From Octopus vulgaris (lineage: Eukaryota): 64,000 bases of DNA. The notes beneath the pieces are model-generated. The model saw only the letters and a list, made by a program, of their open reading frames with translations, was not told the DNA's origin and made no database searches. Of the stretch, positions 12,322-25,603 are shown piece after piece. Where the stretch lies: assembly GCA_951406725.2 (NCBI GenBank), contig OX597831.1, positions 47,988,001-48,052,000 of the forward strand, in the 5' to 3' direction. A program made the position numbers and the translations under genes. Within the stretch, counting starts at the first letter, position 1, and the number at the start of each line of letters is the position of its first letter.

Positions 12322-12919
12322 GGCGCAGGTGTGGGTGTGTGGTAAATGGGTTGCTTACCAACCACATGGTTCTGGGTTCAGCCTCTTGTAAGTGGATTTA
12401 TATAGAGAGAATTCACAAAAAAACAAAAGACAAAGACAGGTAGTGTAGACAACAAACAGATATATTAGCATAACGCTCGGGAAGTGAAAAAGTCTTTAGC
12501 TCTTCCATAATATAGAATATATATAATGTATATATATCATATATAATATATATATAAACATATATATGTATGCATACACACACACACGCACATACATGCA
12601 TGCATGCATGCATACATACATACATACATACATACATAAATACATGTGAATAAGTGGCCAGGGTTACCTTTTCAGTTTAAAGGCCTGCAACATTTTGTTG
12701 CTGTTCTTTGAGACTATATTGCAGGTTAATTTATATTCATTAGGAAGTTAAGATGACAACACATCCATTGAAACATGTACTGGCAGTGGGTAAACTCCCC
12801 TGTTTTACAATGTGATGATCAATTATCTCGACTAACATGGAACTAGTACGGTATTGTTGTGCTATCTTTTACTAAATTTCAGATTTACAAGATACAATAA
12901 AATCGTTTATACTATAGAC

Positions 12920-13099
12920 CGGTGTTCTGCAACAGTTTTCCATTTGCTGTACACCTATATACTTTGCAAAGTTCACACCTGAACTAAAAGTATAACTAAA
13001 AGTATAGGGACAAAAATTATATTTAGTTTACATTGTGGCACACCTAGCATCGTCTCGTGGCACACTAGTGTGCTGTGGAATACCAGTTGTGTAGCGCTG
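12920..13099. mobile_element. hAT-type MITE
   Basis: imperfect TIRs cggtgttctgcaac / gttgtgtagcgctg; 8-bp TSD ctatagac/gtatagac. Confidence 0.7.
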
Positions 13100-13285
13100 G
13101 TATAGACTGGGTATGGTTATAGCTTTGCAGCCATGTGATTTGGGGTTCACTCCCACTGCAGAGCATCTTGAGCAAATGCCTTCACTTATAATCATGGGTT
13201 GATCAATGTCGTGTGCGTTAAATTTAGTAGACAAATATTATAGAATTTTATCCTGTATATGTGTGTGTGCATGCATGTAAGTGCA

Positions 13286-13320
<35 letters not shown>

Positions 13321-13408
13321 TTTTTTATCATATATCTATAACCACTCAAATTGTTCGACTCCCAGAAGTAATGTCACACATTTATCTGTCATCTGATATA
13401 TATATATC

Positions 13409-13440
<32 letters not shown>

Positions 13441-13448
<8 letters not shown>

Positions 13449-13590
13449 CAAGAGGAAGTCAGAATTTTTAATAATTATTTATTTAGTACTTTCATCTCTT
13501 TTGAGAGATTCATCATGATGCATCTCTCAAAAGAGATGAAAGTGATAAATAAATAATTAACTAAAATTCTCACTACCTTGGTTTTCTTTA
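13441..13590. repeat. Fold-back hairpin made of two back-to-back hammerhead-like termini
   Basis: arms ataattatttatt..actttcatctcttttgagaga / tctctcaaaagagatgaaagt..ataaataaataatta around centre catcatgatg; embedded in (TA)n. Confidence 0.75.
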
Positions 13591-13644
13591 TATATAAAAT
13601 TTGTACACTACCTCAAACAACCTATATCTATGTATATGTGTGTG

Positions 13645-13702
<58 letters not shown>

Positions 13703-13705
<3 letters not shown>

Positions 13706-14450
13706 GGTGCGGTGAATAAACTGTCCTCTAAATTATGCAAATATGAAAATAATAGACATCGCATTTTAACAGATATATTTACCAAAATTATATTAAAATA
13801 CTATGAAATACCGAAGAGTAAATTTATTTGATAAAATCATTATTGGCTTCACCTGCAACTCTTCTGGACAGTCTCCTTGTTTAAGTTGGAATGCTGACAT
13901 AATCCTTGCCTTCAGTTCATCTTTGGTGTCACAAGGAGTCTTGTTGGTTTCTCACTCAACTGCACCCCACACGTAATAATCAAGTGAAGTTAGGTAGCCA
14001 GATGTTAAGGGTGATATGGTCTCACAAATTGTCTGACAGCCATGACTGGGTTCTCCTGCTTGTGTGGCATGGTGCAGAGTCCTGTTACCAGACCCAGCGT
14101 CTTCCAGTAGCTACACTCTTGACCCAGGGCAACACTACCTCCCCCAGGTACTTGATGTAGGCCTTTGAGTTGAGTCTGAGGCTGTGTGCGAAGATTAAAG
14201 AAGCATAACATCGCCATCACTAGTGATCATTCCAAACACCATGATGTTGACTGGATGTTTGATTTTTATCCCTCTCTGTACATGTTCGTATTGGAGCTTC
14301 TAGCATGAATGCCAAGCAACACAACTTGTCATTTCTAAATTTCTGGCAGAGTGACTTGCATCATGGTGCTGTTTTTCTCACAGATGGTGCCCAACTGACC
14401 CTAGTATACTGTGTAGTCAACAAAACCAAGAACAAGCAATCCGCATGCAC
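13703..14450 (-). mobile_element. Decayed Tc1/mariner-superfamily (maT/DD37D-like) transposon
   Basis: minus translation KHPVNIMVFGMITSDGDVM..YIKYLGEVVLPWVKSVATGRRWVW*QDSAPCHTSRRTQSWLSDN..IWLPN..LDYYVWGAVE*ETNKTPCDTKDELKARI; terminus TA-cagggtg at 13701. Confidence 0.85.
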
Positions 14451-14473
14451 GAAATTAATATATATATATATAT

Positions 14474-14504
<31 letters not shown>

Positions 14505-14619
14505 TAGGTAGGTAGGTAGGTAGGTAGGTAGGTAGGTAGGTAGATAGATACATGTATATACATACATACATATATATGTATGTATGTATATATCCGTATA
14601 TATATATAGATATACATAT

Positions 14620-14679
<60 letters not shown>

Positions 14680-14701
14680 TACATATATATATATATATTT
14701 T

Positions 14702-14754
14702 AACAAAACTGTCCGACGAACGGGAACGTGAAACTCCGAGTTACAGGTTTTGTT
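14702..14754 (+). ncRNA. Minimal hammerhead ribozyme motif, one core substitution (CCGACGA)
   Basis: aacaaaactgt-CCGACGA-acg GGAA cgt-GAAAC-tccga-GTT-acaggttttgtt; paralog of 37111-37161; flanked by (TA)n. Confidence 0.65.
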
Positions 14755-14839
14755 GAATTTCTGCTGCTTTTAAATAAAGTATATATATATGAATGGTGCT
14801 GAGTCATGGAAAATGAACATATATATCCATAAGATATCT

Positions 14840-15300
14840 AAAATTTCTGAGTAGAAAAGACTAGGGAGCGAAAGCCAAGAAGGAACTCATCAATCAACAA
14901 CTGGCATGACATAAGTGGAGATAGGTAGATCATATGTTTAAGAAGGCTACAGGAATATTTGGCAAGGGAAGCTATGGATTGGAAACCAGGGAGGATAAAA
15001 GAGACGGAGCATTTGAGGAGTGTCCGGTGGCAATCAAGTGACAAGGAACTGAATTTGACAGGGATGTCATGATCCTGTTGAACTTTTCTAAGTCAACACC
15101 TAAGGGAAAGCTATGAGCAAGAACAGAAGTTCAAAGGGTCAATATTCTGGGTAACATGGTTCTGCATAGTAAGTAATATATGGTCTGAAATGCTGGATGC
15201 TACAATGGTGTCGGTTAGAAAAGGGAGGAGTAAGATGGTAATACCTGACTGAGTCTTATACTAAGATTAGAAATGATTTTAAGTGGGGAGTTTGCTTCCG
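14840..15300 (-). mobile_element. Decayed CR1/L2/Jockey-group LINE reverse-transcriptase fragment
   Basis: minus-strand remnants KSSTGS (KS.GPD motif) and SIASLAKYSCSLLKHM..LLIDEFLLGFRS (PISL..LLKHL..Q.GFR motif). Confidence 0.5.
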
Positions 15301-15379
15301 TATATACTTGTCCACATGCCTATTCGCTGTTATAGAATAGGACACATTAGATGAGTGTTCTGGAGAATCTGTGTTCTAC

Positions 15380-15535
15380 TTACCACAGCACCTATGAACT
15401 TCAGAAACACTTTTCTGAAGTTGCACTCTGAATTGTCAAAACATGGGATAAACTACCTGCATCTATTGTTATCTGTCAGGACACCACACCTTTCAAAAAG
15501 GCCATGCCTCCTGAAATTCATTAACACTCTTCCTA
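15380..15535 (+). mobile_element. CR1/L2-like LINE 3'-end fragment
   Basis: translation IVKTWDKLPASIVICQDTTPFKKAM resembles V..WN.LP..VV......FK. Confidence 0.6.
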
Positions 15536-15737
15536 ACTTGCTTATCTACCCTTTCCTGGACAAAATGCTTTGTGGTATTTCGCCCATCGCTGCATTCTGA
15601 GTTCAAATTCCACTGAGGTCGACTTTGCCTTTCATCCTTTCAAGGTTGATAAATTAAGTACCAGTGAAATTCTTGGGTCAATGTAATCGACTAGTCCCCT
15701 CCCCCAAAGCTTCAGGTCTTGTGACTATAATTTCTGA

Positions 15738-15904
15738 GGAGTGGCTGTGTGGTAAGTAGCTTGCTTATGAACCACATGGTTCTGGGTTCAGTCCCACTGC
15801 GTGGCACCATGGGCAAGTGTCTTCTACTATAACCTCGGACTAACCAAAGCCTTGTGAGTGGATTTGGTAGACGGAAACTGAAAGAAACCCATCATGTATA
15901 TGTG

Positions 15905-15951
<47 letters not shown>

Positions 15952-16180
15952 GTATGTGTTTATATGTTTGTGTGTCTGTGTTTGTCACCCCAACATCGCT
16001 TGACAAACAACCGATGCTGGTGTGTTTACGTTCCCGTAACTTAGCAGTTCGGCAAAAGAGACTGATAGAATAAGTACTAGGCTTCCAAAGAATAAGTCCT
16101 GGGGTCGATTTGTTCGACTAAAGGCGGTGCTCCAGCATGGCTGCTGTCAAATGACTGAAACAAGTAAAAGAGTAAAAAGT
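15738..16180 (+). mobile_element. SINE family B (tRNA head, CORE-like ggcaccttgggcaagtgtc, internal (TA/TG)n), full length
   Basis: ggagtggctgtgtggtaag...gggttcagtccc...aaatgactgaaacaagtaaaagag; many paralogs in the window. Confidence 0.9.
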
Positions 16181-17265
16181 GAGAGAGAGTTATTATTATT
16201 ATTATCATTGTTATTATTATTATTATTATTATTATTGCTATATTAAAGACAGTGAATTGGCAGAATTATAAGCATGCTGAGCAAAATACTTAGTGGCATT
16301 TCATCCGTGTTTATGTTCCGAAATTCTGGCCTTTTACCAAAATTTGAACCTTTTATTGTTATATTTATTTCCGTCCCATTTCTTAATAATATTGGTTTCA
16401 AATTTCTTAATAACGTTGTTTACCATCATCATTATAATGATTTATTTGAGTTTCTGGTATTCTAAATGGTTATCTTGACTTTTCTGTGATGTAATTGATT
16501 CAGATTTGGAAATATCTATTGGAATTCTATTTTTAAAAATTGCATAAATAGGCTTTAGAAAGCATTGCAAGCAATTTAGATAGATTATAATAATATGAAT
16601 ACCAAAGCATATTCAGCAAGAAGGAACAAGAAGAAAAATTGCTACACACTTGCCTTATAAGGAAGGAAAACCTAAAGTGAAAATAATGGCATACATGGGT
16701 TTTAAATGGGTATAACGATTCTTTATGGTAATAATTGTTTCTCAGAGGAGACCACTTTGCGAATTATAAAGTAAGCATACGGTAAAGTATCTACTTGCTC
16801 AGTATGTTTGTATGATACCATTAATGCAAACCTTCAAAACTGTATGGAATCCTTTTCTGTTTTACGTTTGACTTTCAACTGATTTTTCAATATTATTTTC
16901 GATAATATTATTTTCAATTGTTATTGTTGTTAATGTTATAAATACATGAAATGTTGTTTGTTTATTTTTCATTTCCAATGACAACTGGTGTTTGCAAGAG
17001 TGCATGTGTGTGTATGTGTGTGTGTGTGTACAGTTCTTTATTTTCTTGGTATGACTGTAAAGTGATGGATCCAGACGTTGATGGCAAAGATGGCATTCAG
17101 CCATAGAAGTCATGCTGGAGCAGGCAGCACAGCTTGGTGCAGTCTTCTGACTTACCAGTTCCTATCAAACCATCCTACCCATACCAGCATGGAAAACAGG
17201 CGTTAAATGATGATGATCATGATCATGATGATGATCATGATCATGATCATGATGATTGTTGTTGT

Positions 17266-17568
17266 TGTTTGTTCCTTCTTGAGCCGCACCTGGCTCATAA
17301 GGGCCGGTTTCCCGGTTTTCTTGGCGTATAGGTTCCCCACCTGGACCGGACACCGGTCCGTCGCAGGTGAGCTGCTAGATGCAGGAGAAAAGAGTGAGAG
17401 AAAGTTGTAACAAAAGAGTCAGCAGACATTCACCATTACCTTCTGCCGGAGCCACGTGGAGCTTAGGTGTTTCGCTCATAAACATACACATCGCCCAGTC
17501 TGAGATTCAAATCCGCGATCCCTCGACTGCAAGTCTGCTGCTCTAACAACTAGGCCATGTGCCTCCAC
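17266..17568 (-). mobile_element. SINE family C (tRNA-like head)
   Basis: reverse complement of 23201-23505; inserted within (GAT)n. Confidence 0.88.
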
Positions 17569-17831
17569 GATGATGATGATGATGATATATTCATCATCAT
17601 CATCATCATCAAATGTTCACTTTTTCCATGCATGTATGGGCCAGACAGAATTTGTTGAGGCAGATTTTCTATGGCTGGATCCCTTTCTTGTCACCAACCC
17701 TCACCTGTTTCCAAGCAAAGTAATATTTCCCATGACCCAACATCTTTTCCATAAAAGACTGGAAAGGAACAACGTCACCTGTATGACAATAATGCTCATT
17801 TTACAACCATCACATGATGTCAAGACCAGGG

Positions 17832-17871
<40 letters not shown>

Positions 17872-17884
17872 TCATCATCATTAT

Positions 17885-18510
17885 CATCATCGTTTAACGT
17901 CCATTTTCCATGCTAGCATGGGTTGGACGATTTGACTGAAAGCTGGCGAACCAGATGGCTGCACTAGGCTTCAATCTTGATCTGGTAGAGTTTCTACAGC
18001 TGGATGCCCTTCCTAACGCCAACCACTCCAAGAGTATAGTGGGTGCTTTTACGTGCCACCAGCACGGGGTCAGTCAGGTGGTACTGGCAACGACCTCGCT
18101 CGAATCTTTTACACATGCCACTGGCACGGGTGCCAGTAAGGCAATGCTGGTAATGATTACGCTCGAATAGTGTCTTTTACCTGCCACCGGCATGGAGGCC
18201 AGATAGCCGCTCTGGCAACGATCACACTCAGATGATGCTCTTAATACTCTACTAGCATGGGGCTTGAGTGCTAGTAAGGCGAATAGTGCTTTTTATGTGC
18301 CACTGGCACGGAAGCCGGTTAGCCGCTCTGTCAACAATCACACTCGTATGGCGCTCTTTGCACCCTGCTAGCACGGACGCCAGTCATCGAATTTAATTTT
18401 GATTTCATTTGCCTCAACAGGTCTTCACAAGCAGAGTTTTAGTGTCCAAAAAAGGAAAAGGTACGCATAAGTGGGCTGGTTATGCCCCTGGCATAGGCCA
18501 TGAGATTATG
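17885..18510 (-). mobile_element. Family D retroposon (LINE 3' UTR or LINE-dependent SINE) with internal ~64-bp repeat array
   Basis: minus-strand 3' end ttaggaagggcatccagctgtagaaac...catgctagcatggaaaatggacgttaaacgatgat; ~6 tandem units at 18040-18390. Confidence 0.85.
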
Positions 18511-18926
18511 GTGAGCTTATTTCAATTTACATCAAAGAAATCCATTCACAAGACTTTGGGTAGCTTGGGACTATACATCTTCTCAACTCACAACCGAGTT
18601 GCATTCCAGCTGATGGGTCATAAGTCAATCTGACTGCCTGTTGACTCACTATTTTTCAACACTGTTTTCGTTCAAACACAGCTGATGCTTGAAAGCGATT
18701 GAGTGGGGGACAGTGGCAGGTAGTGGATGCCTGGGTTGATGTGAGGCCTGTGTTGCCAGATGCTGCTATAGTTATCATTACACACTGCTGCCCAACGTCC
18801 AAAGATCGATTTTTTACTTATTTATTTATTTTTCTGCTTCCTTATTTTATTTTTTTAGTCATAAATGCAGGTGGTTGTAAGCCGCATAAATCATAAGTTG
18901 AGGAGAAGGTGTAGTAGAAGACATAA

Positions 18927-19160
18927 GGTGGTGAGCTGGCAGAAACGTTAACACGCCGAGCGAAATGCTTATCGGTATTTTGTTTGCCGCTACGTTCTGA
19001 GTTCAAATTCAACCAAGGTCGACTTTGCCTTTCATCCTTTTGGGGTTGATTAAATAAGTACCAGTTACACACTGGGGTCGATATAATCGACTTATTCCGT
19101 TTGTCTGTTCTTGTTTGTCCCCTTTGTGTGTTGCCCCTTGTGGGCAGTAAATAAATAAGA
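18927..19160 (+). mobile_element. SINE family A
   Basis: full body and tail type 1; TSD agaagacat. Confidence 0.88.
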
Positions 19161-19354
19161 AGACATTTGCCCCAGGTGTCAAGCAGTGGAACTGAGCCAG
19201 AAAACGTTGTTGGAAAGCAAGCTTTTTTACTATACGGTACCTGGAGTTAACAACAACAACAACAATAACAGCACCTATAATGATTATAATTGTTTTAAAT
19301 GACAATAGACGGGGATATGATATTTGTTTCATTCAAACACACAGAAAATCAGAT

Positions 19355-20640
19355 GAACGATGATGATGATGATGATGATGATGATGGCAACAGCAGCAAT
19401 GATTGTTGATAATTTTAACATAACGCTAACATGAACAATGACGTTGAAGATAACCACTAATAAAGATGATCGAGACGATGATAATGTTGTTTGTGATTAC
19501 TGCAATGATTTTGATAATGGTGGTAATAATTATAATGATGATGATGATGATGATGATGAAGATGACGATGATAAAGATAACTGTAACAACAGCGACAGAG
19601 ATAAAGTTGATGAGGATCATCGTCATGATGATGATGGTAATTATGATGTAGATGACAAGAGTAATGATTGTGATAATGACAATGACGAAGATAATTGCAG
19701 CAACAATGACAGTGATGATTAGAATGATGATTATGATGCTCATGATGGTATTGATTATGGTGATGATAATGATATGGAAGATTATGATGACAAAAGGAAT
19801 GAGGATAGTGATGGCACCTAGGTTATTGCTGATGATAAAATGTTTTTAAATGGTAATACTGATGATGGTGGCGGTAATTAAAAATCAACAGGATGGTGAA
19901 AATGCTAATAAATAGCAAAAGGGATGATGATGGTGACAGCAATAATAATAATGGTGGTGGTGGTGGTAATGGTGGTGTTGGAGATGGTTGTGGTGGAGGT
20001 GATGGTGGTGGTGATAATGGTAGTGGATGTGGTAGTGGTCATGTTGGGGATGGTTGTGGTGGTGGTGTTAGTGGTGGTATTGGAGATGGTTGTGGTGGAG
20101 TTAGTGGTAGTGATGATGATGGTAGTGGTGGTGGTGGTAGTGGTGATGGTGGTGGTAATGGTGGTGGTGATGATGGTAGTAGTCATGTTGGTGATGGTTG
20201 TGGTGGTGGTGGTAGTGGTGTTGCTGGAGATGGTTGTGGTGGAGGTGATAGTGGTGGTGATGATGGTAGTGGTCATGTTGGAGATGGTGGTGGTGGTGAT
20301 GATGATGGTAGTAGTCATGTTGGTAATGGTTGTGGTGGTGGTGATAGTGGTGGTGTTGGAAATGGTTGTGGTGGAGTTTATGGTGGTGATGATGATGGTA
20401 GTGGAGGTAGTAGTGGTCATGTTGGTCATGGTTGTGGTGGTGGTGGTAGTGGTCATGCTGGAGATGGTTGTGGTGGAGGTGATAGTGGTGGTGATGATGG
20501 TAGTGGTCATGTTGGAGATGGTGGTGGTGGTGGTGGTGATGATGATGATGATGATGGTAGTGGTGGTGTTGGTGATGGTTGTGGTGGTGGTGGTAGTGGT
20601 GATGATGATAGTAGTAGTGATGGAGGTGGTTGTGATAACA
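19355..20640. repeat. Degenerate (GAT)n grading into a (GGT)-based higher-order minisatellite
   Basis: recurrent ggtcatgttggagatggttgtggtggaggtgatagtggtggtgatgatggtagt units. Confidence 0.9.
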
Positions 20641-20764
20641 TTAACAAACTAACCCCACTGACTTTGGTAGAGTGCATGTATTCAAAATAGTTTCTATATA
20701 TAGATAAATAAATAAATACACCTACACACACATATATATGCATATATATGCACACACATACATA

Positions 20765-20800
<36 letters not shown>

Positions 20801-21257
20801 TGTATGTGCATGTGTGTGTGTGTGTGTATGTGTGTGTGTGTGGTACTTGAGAAATCCAGCCTTATCTTTAACAATACTTTGAACAATGGCACACCAAATA
20901 GAGAGGCACAAATCTAATAAACTGGATGTAGATAAACTGTCTCCAGTTCTTTTACAGTTCAAAATATTTTTCCTAACAGAAAAAAGAATACAAATAATTA
21001 AATAAATATAATGTATAACAAACCAAAAACTAAAAGAAACATTATTAGATTTTTTCATTTTAATTTATTTTTTTTTACTTTCCCAAAACATTTTTATTTA
21101 TTTAAAAAAAAATTGTAATAATTTTAGAAACAGTTTTTCTTAGATATTTTATTGTTCTGTTTATCTATTTTCATTTTTATTTTCTTGTCTTTTAGATTAT
21201 CCACCCTCCCACCCCTTACCCCAGCTCATCGAATGTATTCATTGCTTTTTACTGTTT

Positions 21258-21352
<95 letters not shown>

Positions 21353-21818
21353 TTGTTTTTTATTGATGTAATATTTTATTTTATTGTATATTATACTATT
21401 CTCATTCAGTTTTTGTCTGTTTAAAGATATTTTTATCATTACAAAGTTTAGAATTACATGAAATTAACCAAAGGAAAATTTGTTTATTCTATAAAATATA
21501 TTTGACTTACATTGGAAAACAAACTTAAAACAGAACATAACATAAAGATGTTCTTTAAATGCATGGTAAAACAAAAAGCAACAAAAACAACCATACAAAT
21601 AAACAGTTTTGGCTTGATCTCTATTCTCCAGATAATGACATTATGTCTGTTTAAATGTGTGGCATTCCAAAATATTTTAGAATTCTTTTACTGGTAGTTC
21701 TTAGTCATTAGCTTGTGGCTCTGCTGGTACCTTGCCTCTGAGGGATTATTGGGAGTTATATTTAGCTGAACATATCGATTGCAATGCTTTGTTTAAAATT
21801 TATCTCATCATTATCTCA

Positions 21819-22235
21819 GCAGGAGTGGCTGTGTGGTAAGTAGCTTGCTTACCAATCACATGGTCCTGGGTTCAGTCCTACTGCATGGCACCTTGGGCAA
21901 GTGTCTTCTACTATAACCTTGGACTGATCAAAGCCTTGTGAGTGGATTTGGTAGACAGAAACTGAAAGAAGCCTTTTGTATATATATATATATATGTTAT
22001 ATATATATGTATGTATGTATGTATGTATATGTTTGTGTGTCTGTGTTTGTCCCCCCCAACATCACTTGACAACCGATGCTGGTGTGTTTACGTCCCCGCA
22101 CTTAGCGGTTTGGCAAAAGAGACCGATAGATTAAGTATTAGGCTTACAAAGAATAAGTCCTGGGGCTGATTTGCTTGACTAAAGGTGGTGCTCCAGCATG
22201 GCTGCAGTCAAATGACTGAAACAAATAAAAGAATA
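21819..22235 (+). mobile_element. SINE family B, full length
   Basis: matches 15738-16180 throughout. Confidence 0.9.
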
Positions 22236-22359
22236 AATTTTGTAAAGGGAGATAAGTAAAGATATCTTGGTCATAATGAGACGAAAACCACCTCAGAGAA
22301 TAATAACTCAACTCACCAATTTTTCTATGAACATTCTATGAATTATGAATTATGAATTA

Positions 22360-22832
22360 TGGCTGTATAGTAAGAAGTTTACTTCCAAACGGCATGGTTT
22401 CTGGTTCAGTCTTGCAGCATGGCACCTTGAGCAAGTGTTTTTTACTATAACCTTAGGTTGACCAAAGCCTTGTAAATGGATTTGGTGGATGGAAACTTTG
22501 TGAAAGCCTATCTCATAATATGTGTGTGTAAACACATATATACATATCTATTTATATGTCTGTCTGTCTCTATGTATGTATGTACGTATGCATAAGTATA
22601 TGTGCGTGCATTCGTGCTTGTTCCTCACTAGCACTAGATAAGTAGTGTTGATCTGTTTATATTCCTGAAACTTAGCAGTTCAGCAATACAGACCGATAGA
22701 ATAAGTTCTAGATGTCAAAAAAAAAAAAATAATAATAATAATAAGTACTGAGCTCTAATTGTTCAATGAAAAACCCTCAAGGCAGTGCTCCAGCATGACC
22801 ACAGTGCAATGAGTGAAACAAATAAAAAGTAA
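22360..22832 (+). mobile_element. SINE family B, older copy
   Basis: diverged head, core and tail all recognisable. Confidence 0.75.
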
Positions 22833-22985
22833 ATAATGTGTGTGTGTGTACCTAGGGTTCATGTATGTCTTTGAGAGATTATAGTTCTGCACCTAGAATT
22901 TTCCATCCCAAACTGTAGGCTTTGTCAAGGTTAATGGTTTTAATTCAGTGACAATATTCTTATGATTGCTCCAAGTGTGGTTTAA

Positions 22986-23175
22986 CCCTTTAGCATTCAG
23001 AATACTCCATCACATTATTTTGAATTAGTCATGCATTATCTTGTAGCTTTGAAATTTTGATGATGTGGTTGTATATTTTTATAATGACATTGTAGTGTAG
23101 GTGTGAGAGACTGGATCTGGCCATATAACAGGTAGAATATTTTGGCCAGATATGTTTGGTTTAAATGCTAAAGGA
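22986..23175 (+). mobile_element. piggyBac-like MITE
   Basis: TTAA-ccctttagcatt ... aatgctaaagga-TTAA. Confidence 0.8.
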
Positions 23176-23200
23176 TTAAGAAGGAACCAATAGATAAAGC

Positions 23201-23505
23201 GTAGAGGCACATGGCCAAGTGGTTAGAGCAGCGGACTTGCGGTCGAGGGATCGCAGGTTTGAATCTCACACCGGTCGATGCATGTGTTTATGAGCAAAAC
23301 ACCTAAGCTCCACGTGGCTCTGGCAGAAGGTAATGGTGAACGTCTGTTGACTCTTTCGTCACAACTTTCTCTCACTCTTTCCTCCTGCATCTTGCAGCTC
23401 ACCTGCGACGGACCAGCGTCCCGTCCAGGTGGGGAACCTATATGCCAAGGAAACCGGGAAATCAGCCCTTATGAGCCAGGTGCGGCTCGAGAAGGAACAA
23501 ACAAT
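23201..23505 (+). mobile_element. SINE family C
   Basis: ggcacatggccaagtggttagagcagcggacttgcggtcgagggatcgcaggtttgaatc tRNA-like head; TSD aata(g/a)ataaagc. Confidence 0.88.
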
Positions 23506-25304
23506 AAATAAAGCAGTTTATACCTAGTCACATGACTTGCTACAAATAGCAACGAAATCTTCACTACACCATACTCTGTTAACTTAAAAAGAGAAGACAC
23601 ATTAGATAAAACAGTCCCAGATATCTTTAAGTGGCAGGATGTCCATGGTCGAGATGTATTTGATGATTGGTCTGCTAAATTATGATTCACCTACAGCTGT
23701 GTAAAACAAAAAACAAAAAAAAACATCAAAACTGCTATCACAAAGTCAACAGAGGGAGCTGCTATGTGGTTACTTGACTCTTTCAGAAAAAAGTAGTCAG
23801 ATCTTCCTCAATTTGCACCCTAAAAATGTTACTTAAGAAACCGTTAGATACGATGGTGTCTCTGGAGATACCTAAGACGACCATTTGATTGTTTTGTAAT
23901 GTTATGTCTGGCCTAATTCCTTCGTTTGTTGTTCTCTTTTGTGGATCTCATCCTCAAACTCATCTCCATCATCAATGCATAACTTCACAACATATCTTTG
24001 TATCAGCCACTTTCTTTCAAAGCACAAAGGAGCTATTAGGTGATTTGCTGGTAGGGAAATGTCAACAAGCACCATTCCTTCAATATAAGAGCATTGTAGC
24101 ATACTTGAAGCATTATGATAAAGAAGTAAAATAACAGTTTATATGAAGATGGCGAGTTTCTTACATCTGCACAACAATTAGCTTGGCCTGTATTATAAAG
24201 ACTAACATTTCTTAATTGTTCCCAATGATGGGCCTTTGTGCCTGAAATATATGAAGTAATTAAATTGTTTCCTTTTTGTATTGTAAGAAGCTTTCTATTT
24301 TAACTATTTTGCTATTTTTACCCTTGGAGATATCTATCTATCATTCTATCTATCTATCTGTCTATCTTTATGTCTGTGTGTGTTTGTGTGAATAAGCCAT
24401 CTAAGAGTCCATAAGTCAGGAAAAAATACACTTGCATATCTATCAATAGAGTGGGTATATTAATTGAAATGTACAGTATTACATATCCATTACAGCCGAT
24501 CTTACCAATTGGTTTTGGACTAGGGGGTTCAACAGAGTGTTAAGTAACAGTCTGATTATGTAACCTTGTGCTCTTCAGAGGTAACCATTATGGAATGAAA
24601 TTTGGCTATAGCTGTATTTCGTTCCATAATCAAACCAATAAACTGGTTTTTTTTTTAGACAAAAATACCTTGTGTGGTATTTGTTCTGCCCAAGTTACAA
24701 AGAAGCTTTCATGTCATGTCACTATCAACATCATAATAGGCAGTGAACTAGTAATTAACTCTTTGGAGACTGCTCAAATGTAATAAAATATAAATGTTAA
24801 ATAAATTTTCCATAGCAGTGCCACAGCACATCACAGATGACTTGTTGAAACTGGTAAAATAATAAATGTCAAAGTCTTTGAAATTTGATATTTGACATTA
24901 TAGCACCAATTTAAGACAAAAAGGAAAGCAACAGACTCACTCGCAGTAGGCTTGATGCTCTTTCCATTTTCAAATTAATCTTTTTTATAATGTTTAGTAT
25001 AATTTACATTGAAATCTTAACAGGTAATTTCATCTCTCAATATTCGTTTTTAGAAATAAAAGATTATAACGCTGACTTACTTGGAAAATCTAAAATTCTC
25101 TTATTAAAAAGTACCTTTTTTTTCCTTTTGTCTCTGTTACTTTTATTTTTCTATGTTAAATTGGCTCTTTTTTATGTTGAATATAAAATTTTGAAGAATA
25201 TTACATTTAGTCTTTGAACTAGTTTCAAGTATTCAATTGTCACCATGCTGAGAAACTGCTAGGGAAGGTTTTCATCTACTATATATTGAGCACTGTTGTT
25301 ATAT

Positions 25305-25603
25305 GTTTGTTCCTTCTTGAGCCATGCCTGGCTCATAAGGGCCAGTTTCCCGGTTTCCTTGGCATATAGGTTCCTCACCTGGACAGGACACCAGTCCGTC
25401 ACAGGTGAGCTGCTAGATGAGGAGGAAAGAGTGAGAGAAAGTTGTGGAGAAAGAATCAGCAGAAGTTCGCCATTACCTTCTGCCAGAGCTGCGTGGAGCT
25501 TAGGTATTTTGCTCATAAACACACACATCGCTCGGTCTGAGATTCAAACCAACGAACCCTCGACCGTGAGTCTGCTGCTCTAACCACTAGGCCATGTACC
25601 TCC
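25305..25603 (-). mobile_element. SINE family C
   Basis: reverse complement of 23201-23505; catctactatatat repeated at both flanks. Confidence 0.85.

Noticed and set aside
18040-18390. CRISPR-like appearance of the conserved box plus variable spacer
   Set aside because: The context is eukaryotic, the spacers are homologous to each other, there are no cas genes, and the array lies inside a dispersed retroposon.
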